Origin: Octopus bimaculoides
Lineage: Eukaryota
NCBI RefSeq assembly: GCF_001194135.2
Contig: NC_068983.1
Location: forward strand, 12,162,217 to 12,220,683
DNA: 58,467 bases
Direction: 5' to 3'
Every line of letters starts with the position of its first letter. Within the stretch, counting starts at the first letter, position 1. The position numbers were made by a program, and so were the translations under genes. This document shows positions 52,458 to 58,467 of the stretch, piece by piece. The notes beneath the pieces were generated by a model, which was given only the letters and a program-made list of their open reading frames with translations, was not told the DNA's origin and searched no databases.

Positions 52458-53185
52458 NNNNNNNNNNNNNNNNNNNNNNNNNNNNNNNNNNNNNNNNNNN
52501 NNNNNNNNNNNNNNNNNNNNNNNNNNNNNNNNNNNNNNNNNNNNNNNNNNNNNNNNNNNNNNNNNNNNNNNNNNNNNNNNNNNNNNNNNNNNNNNNNNNN
52601 NNNNNNNNNNNNNNNNNNNNNNNNNNNNNNNNNNNNNNNNNNNNNNNNNNNNNNNNNNNNNNNNNNNNNNNNNNNNNNNNNNNNNNNNNNNNNNNNNNNN
52701 NNNNNNNNNNNNNNNNNNNNNNNNNNNNNNNNNNNNNNNNNNNNNNNNNNNNNNNNNNNNNNNNNNNNNNNNNNNNNNNNNNNNNNNNNNNNNNNNNAAA
52801 AAAAAAAAAAAAAAAAAGAAAAGAAACTCTGAAAGTTATTTTACATATAATTGATGTATAAATTCTTTTGTATCAATTTTACTTGTAATAACTTTTCCAA
52901 GTAAATTATCTACGTCTACATCAATACTCGCTCCAACATACATTGTATGTGTTTAATACGTGGCTTTGGAGTTTAGAATGAAGATTCAAGAAGGCGTCTA
53001 CATCTGCTGCTGTCACACGCTAATGACTGATGTATCACCACTAAACACAGGTTTTACTTGCATTAGCCTCAAGTGAAATACGGGCTAATGATACATGCTG
53101 ACTTTTCTCGGCTTTGGAAGAATGAATGTACATGGTGTTTTGGCCGTCAAATCTTCGAATAGGCGGCACGTGTTTCCTAATTGCA

Positions 53186-53567
53186 GTAGTAGTCGCATCA
53201 GACATTATACATCGACCCAATGAGGGAAGCTTTATGTAGTCGCCTGAAATGTTAGAAGTAGCAGTTAAAAATTACCTCTGTCTAGTAGTAGTCGTATCAG
53301 ACACTTCACATCCAGCCAATTTGTGAGGAATTATGTCGTCGCTTGAGATGCTAGATGTAGCAGTTAAATTTACCTGCGTGTAGTCGTAGTCGCATCAGAC
53401 ATTTCACGTCCACCAATTTATCTGGTCGTCCGAGTTGCTAGAAGTAGCAGTTAAAATTGCCCATTTCTAGCAGTAGTTGCATCAGACATTTCACATGAAA
53501 CCAAATTGGGAGGCTTTATGTGGTCGCCTGATATGCTAGCAGTAGCAGTTAAATTTACTTGTTTTAC
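53186..53567. repeat. Minisatellite, 4 units of ~98 bp (third unit 87 bp)
   Basis: GTAGTAGTCGCATCAGACA..GCTAGAAGTAGCAGTTAAA units start at 53186, 53285, 53383 and 53470. Confidence 0.9.
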
Positions 53568-53578
53568 ATGTTACTGTC

Positions 53579-53625
53579 GTGGAGGTGCAATGGCCCAGTG
53601 GTTAGGGCAGCGGACTCGCGGTCAT
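53579..53625 (+). mobile_element. SINE family C head only
   Basis: GTGGAGGTGCAATGGCCCAGTGGTTAGGGCAGCGGACTCGCGGTC. Confidence 0.75.
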
Positions 53626-53787
53626 AAATTATACAAAGCCCAATGTCATTCCTGATACACAAGATGACGGAATGGTCACAGCAGGAACGCCTCTCTACAT
53701 AGCTGTACCGCAGAAGTGTTGATGTACAGGTGAACAACAAAAACCGCAGCAAGATTTGACGATTTATTCTACAATATTATCTCTATG

Positions 53788-54173
53788 TGGTGGTGTAATG
53801 ACCCAGTGGTTAGGGTAGCGGACTCGCGGTCATAGGATCGCGGTTTCGATTCCCAGACCGGATGTTGTGAGTATTTATTGATCGAAAACACCTAAAGCTC
53901 CACGAGGCTCCGGCATGGGATGGTGGCGACCCCTGCTGTACTCTTTCACCACAACTTTCTCTCACTCTTTCTTCCTGTTTCTGTTGTGCCTGTAATTCAA
54001 AGGGCCAGCCTTGTCACACTCTGTGTCACGCTGAATATCCCCGAGAACTACGTTAAGGGTACACGTGTCTGTGGAGTACTCAGCCACTTGCACGCTAATT
54101 TCACGAGCAGGATGTTCCGTTGATCGGATCAACTGGAACCCTCGACGTCGTAAGCGACGGAGTGCCAACAACA
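53788..54173 (+). mobile_element. Full SINE family C with alternative tail and 12-bp TSD
   Basis: TSD ATTATCTCTATG at 53776-53787 and 54174-54185; (ACA)n end; 3' hairpin GTTCCGTTGATC..GATCAACTGGAAC. Confidence 0.9.
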
Positions 54174-54189
54174 ATTATCTCTATGCTCA

Positions 54190-54400
54190 GGGGCATAGCG
54201 TAGTGGATAAAGGCGCTGGCTAATGCAATTCTGAGTTCAATCCCAACCTTGGTACTTAGGTGAAGCACAAGATACCTGAAGAAGGCTGGAGCGTACACAG
54301 CCAAAACTTAGTGAAAGCAGCAATCAGGATGAGAACACCACTTCTAATACAAGATACAAAAATTGCTCATCTTAGAAATAGAGAATAGTATTATCCAATC
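54190..54400 (+). mobile_element. tRNA-head plus hammerhead-like element (H2), unit 1
   Basis: A box TAGCGTAGTGG 54196-54206, B box GAGTTCAATCCC 54233-54244, then CTGAAGA-A-GGCTG-9nt-CAGCC-AAAAC (54276-54307). Confidence 0.65.
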
Positions 54401-54489
54401 GGTATCGATAAGACATCAATGAGGTGGGGGGTTATAAACCTTAAGAAAATGCGCACTGACACTGCCGACAAGCATATCGTAGTGAATAA

Positions 54490-54665
54490 AGGGGCTAGTT
54501 AATGCAGCGCAGTCACCTCAGAGGTTGAGTTCAATCCCAAGCAAGACAGGTGAATCACAAGACATTTGAAGAAGTCTGCAGTGAGCACAGACGAAAGCAA
54601 CTACCAAAATGCAGATATCAATCTAATGCATAATATAAATAATTCATCTCAGAAAATACACAATT
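54490..54665 (+). mobile_element. tRNA-head plus hammerhead-like element (H2), unit 2
   Basis: B box GAGTTCAATCCC 54527-54538, then TTGAAGA-A-GTCTG-9nt-CAGAC-GAAA (54566-54596). Confidence 0.6.
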
Positions 54666-54702
54666 GTAATAACAATCTTGTTGTATTTTTCATACCTTTA
54701 TC

Positions 54703-55130
54703 AAATAGTATTCTTTTCTGCTCTAGGCACAAGGACCGAAACTTTTGGGGAGTGGGTAGTCGATTAGATCGACCTTAGTACGGAAGTGGTACTTAATTTA
54801 TCGAACTCGAAAGGATGAAAGGCAAGGTAGACCTCGGCGGAATTTGAACTCAGAACGTAGCTGCAGACGAAATACTGCTAAGCATTTCGCCCGGCATGCT
54901 AACGTTTCTTATTTCTTTATTGCCCACAAGGGGCTAAACATAGAGGAGACAAACAAGGACAGACAAAGGGATTAAGTCGATTATATCGACCCCAGTGCGT
55001 AACTGGTACTTAATTTATCGAACCCGAAAGGATAAAAGGCAAAGTCGACCTCGGAAGGATTTGAACTCAGAACGTAACGGCAGACGAAATACCGCTAAGC
55101 ATTTCGCACGGCGCGCTAACGTTTCTGCCA
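54703..55130 (-). mobile_element. SINE family B dimer (younger subtype joined to older subtype)
   Basis: Junction AAAGAAATA-AGAAACGTTAGC (reverse complement at 54898-54909). Confidence 0.9.
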
Positions 55131-55412
55131 TCATACCTGAATAACACTTCTACTTTATGATAAACATGTTTTGTATTATTTATATACTTAATTTTAGAAT
55201 ATTGATATCGCTAAAACGGTATCGACTTTGAATGTTGTGGAAGAAATAGTGACAGTCAGATCAAGATAACGTAGATAACAAAGGATCTAATTGCTTATTC
55301 GGCATTATGTTTGAAGATTATCAATACATTATAGCTTTTGACTCACCAAACGCGAAATGCTAACTGAATCTAGATCAGTAGTCTTTTCTGTATTCCGTTG
55401 CATTATTTTCAT

Positions 55413-55935
55413 TAAGGCGGCGAGCTGGCAGAATCGTTAGCACATTCTGAGAAATTCTTAGCGGTATTTCGTCTTCTGCTAGGTCATGAGTTCAAATTCT
55501 AACGAGCTTGACTTTGCTTTGATTCTTTTGGATGTCATCGGCTAAACCACCTCCGCTAAAATTGCTGCCCTTGTGAAAAAAATTGAAACCATTATTATTA
55601 AGGCAGCGAGCTGGCAGAATCGTTAACACGCTGTGGTACTTTGCCCGTCGCAACGTTCTGAGTTCAAATTCCACCGAGGTCGACTTTACCTATTACCCTT
55701 TCGAGGTCGATAAACTAAGTACCAGTTGAGTATTGAGGTTGATGTAATCGACTATGCCTCTCCCACCAAATTTCAAGCATTGTGCCTATAATAGAAAGGG
55801 TTATTATTATCATTATTAAGGGGCTGAGCTGACTGAACCGTAGCACGCTGGGCGAAATGCTTAGTGGTATTTCATCCGCCGCTACGTTCTGAGTTCAAAT
55901 TCCGCCGAGGTCGATTTTGCCTTTCAGCCTTTCGG
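55413..55935 (+). mobile_element. Three tandem older-subtype SINE B copies linked by (TTA)n tails
   Basis: Heads TAAGGC/TAAGGG at 55413, 55599 and 55817, each after an ATT/TTA tract. Confidence 0.85.
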
Positions 55936-55939
55936 CTTT

Positions 55940-57140
55940 TAAATCTTGTTATTTTTCTTTCTCTTCATCCGGGCACAACACGCAACAGTGCCATCCCTTT
56001 ATATTGTCAAAACTCATTGTTCCAACTGTTTTAAAGTCTTCCCAAGATAACACCGTTACAGTTTTTCATTTCAGTCATCGTACTTTACTGCGTAGCATTT
56101 TCTTCTGTTTATTTTTTTGTCTGGGCGGAGAGAGTTTGGGAGTTCTTGTCTGCTTGTACATTTTGTTTTGTATCAGAAGCGGATGGGCAAGTTTGGTGTC
56201 TGTAGGGGAGCGTGGGTCGAAGAGGGGGTGGGTGGGTGTTGGGTGGTTATGGGGCTTAATGTTTTTCTTTTTCTCTTGTTCCTTTTTCCTATTGTTTCCC
56301 ATTCGTTGCCTGTTTCTTCTCTACTTCTGTTTATGTTTTTTTTCCTCCTTAATTTCTTGCTCTTTCCGTGGCTCTTCCTTTTGTATCTCCTTCATCTTTT
56401 TGGTCGCTGAAGGGTATTCCGCAATGATGTGGCTCTTCAGGCCAATTTTGAAGCATCGAGGGATTCTGCCCTCTACCCTGACCCCCATTATCACGTCGTC
56501 CATAATTATTGTTTCTGTAATGTTTTCTAGGGTCTTGGTTGAACCTTGAATAATCATGTCCAGTATCTATCCTTTCCATATAACACTTCGCGTTTTTGTG
56601 GCCTGGAGAACCACTATGTTGTCCCCATTTTCCAGAAGGATAGCGGCTGCAATTCAGGCCACATCTCTCTGGCCGAATTCCCTCCACCCTAACTCTAGTC
56701 GCACGTTGTCCACGGTAAGTGGGCAAAAGCACCACTTCCTCACTCTTAATGGTAGTCGCAGCGTGCTTTTTTGTTGTTGCCGCGTCCTTGAATCGTACCT
56801 TCACTACCTCCACTACTCCGAACTTAGTACCTCTCGGAAGGTACACAATTTCATGCCATATTGTCCTTAACACTTTTTCTATTTGGCCCGTGGTCATGAC
56901 GTCAATTTTCCCTTCAATTATTGAAAATGTTTTGTACAAAATTGTTCTTTCTTTGATATTATTAAGCGTCTCTTGCGGGGGGCAGAGGTGCAGTTTAAAG
57001 TCAAATCCATCCCAACTTAATAAAGTTTTGTAATTTTCAAATTCACCAATGTCAATATCATGTTCCTGGCACTTTGCCACGTCCGCAAAGTTTCTCTTTC
57101 CTTCATTTAATTGTCTGTCCATTTCCTTGACTGTTTTCAA
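55940..57140 (-). mobile_element. Gag-like ORF1 of a Tx1/L1-type LINE, frameshifted, no ORF2 seen
   Basis: RRM-like region (GVVEV..RFKD..LLPTYRGQRATRVRVEGI), then after a frameshift a decayed zinc knuckle RCFKIGLKSHIIAEYP (CX2CX4HX4C) and a K/E-rich tail. Confidence 0.7.
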
Positions 57141-57340
57141 AAATTATTTCTCTGAAGATGACATATCTGAAAAGCTGAAGTCTTCTTCAGACATCTTTAT
57201 CACGAAGCCGGCCCACCTTTATGAAGTAGGGGAAGCACAAACAAATTACTGTAAAGCAGCACAAAAACAATTAACGAATTGTTTAAAATACTGATACAAA
57301 AACAAACCAATGTTAACACTCTGAAAATATCGTCAAAAAA

Positions 57341-57507
57341 GATTAAGTCGACCCCAGTGCGTAACTGGTATACTTATTTATTCGACCCCGAAAGGATGAA
57401 AGGCAAAGTCAACCTCGATGGAATTTGAACCCAGAACGTAACGTCAGACGAACTACCGCTAAGCATTTCGCCCGACGTGCTAACGGTTCTGCCAGCTCGC
57501 TGCCTTA
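57341..57507 (-). mobile_element. SINE family B
   Basis: Near-consensus head and core on the minus strand. Confidence 0.9.
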
Positions 57508-58004
57508 ATGTTCTCGTAATATTAAGACTAAAATATTAGAAAGACATCTACTAATTAAGTATATATACTAAAGGTGCAACGAACAGAAAAAATGGTGGCG
57601 TATCTAGTATAAAATATTGTTCCTATAATCTCGGGTAAATTAAATCTCGTCCCAGTTCACAAAAGATAATTAATCTTTGGCAGTGAATATAATATAGTTT
57701 ACAAAGAGTTCAATGATGAGATATTGTGGTTGACATGTTTCTTATTCTTTGTTAACAAAACAAGGAATTTATTTAGAGAACATAATACATTCACTCGGAA
57801 TAGTTCGACGGGCAAATATTTTGATCGCTTCGAAAATATTAATTTTCTATTTAGGCATAAGGCGAAATAGAAATAAATGATAGAAAGGGGGATTAATGCT
57901 ATTTATGGCTTTAAGTATATTCGACACATTGAACGGGATCAGGAAAGTGTTAGATTGCTTACCTATTGCTAAATCCTGTAAGTTCATTCACAAAAACCAT
58001 AAAT

Positions 58005-58185
58005 ATTGCCTTCAAATTTTGGCACTAGACCAGGAATTGTGGGTGAGCGGTATGTCGATCCTTGTTCTCAAGTGGTGCTTATTTTATCGAGACCGAAAGG
58101 AAAGTCAACCTTGGCAGAACTTGAACTCAGAACATAAAGGCAGACAATATGCTGCTTAAGCATTCTGTCCCACATGTTAACAATA
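58005..58185 (-). mobile_element. Degenerate SINE family B
   Basis: GACCGAAAGGAAAGTCAACCTTGGCAGAACTTGAACTCAGAAC on +. Confidence 0.65.
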
Positions 58186-58209
58186 ATTCAAGCTCCACGA
58201 ACATCAATA

Positions 58210-58467
58210 TCTCTCTCGTCTTCCTTCCTGGCGTCGGCCGGCCAACATCGCCGTCGTCGTCGCCTCCTCCTCGCCTTTCCGGCGCCATCCAGCCGGTTTC
58301 GTAAGCCGCGGCCGGGCCCCCTCGCAATCGTCGGCCCTCTAACAGTGCAGCCTCAGCCGAGCAACGAGCAAGTAGAAGCGGCGTCATCAGCGGTGAACGA
58401 AGCCCGCAAAGCGTTTCCGCTGTCGTTATGCTTCCTTCTCGTTCTCTCTCTGGCAGCTGCCGACCGC
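58210..58467. other. Abrupt GC/CpG-rich segment running off the window
   Basis: Dense CpG and (CGT)n/(CCT)n runs against an AT-rich background; identity unknown. Confidence 0.7.

Noticed and set aside
53186-53567. CRISPR-like array
   Set aside because: The apparent spacers are homologous to each other, the context is eukaryotic, and there are no cas genes.
58270-58395. Minus-strand CTGATGA...GAAA as a hammerhead in the GC-rich end
   Set aside because: No UH cleavage site after the stem III hairpin and no stem I pairing; hairpins are expected at this GC content.

Overview
Repeat-rich, AT-rich animal genomic DNA from a gapped assembly (12 N-runs, nearly all next to microsatellites), not prokaryotic. 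The SINE families look like octopus/cephalopod repeats; this is from recall, not a database search. No complete host gene is visible. Most ORF-track entries are translated microsatellites or N gaps. Supported content: many tRNA-headed SINE copies (labelled families A-D here), two mariner relics, a DD37D/maT-like transposase relic, a Helitron helicase relic, several LINE relics (R4-type RLE, CR1/L2/Jockey-type RT, Tx1/L1-type ORF1), a Penelope-like element (PLE) with an inverted terminal copy, and a few candidate + strand exons. The most interesting signal is three separate families of minimal type-I hammerhead-ribozyme-like motifs (7 copies): one at the 3' end of the PLE, one in a microsatellite-flanked ~150-bp repeat, and one downstream of a Pol III tRNA-like head in a 290-nt tandem with a compensatory stem change (a candidate PLE-driven SINE/retrozyme hybrid). 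All motif calls were made by eye and every copy is degenerate.
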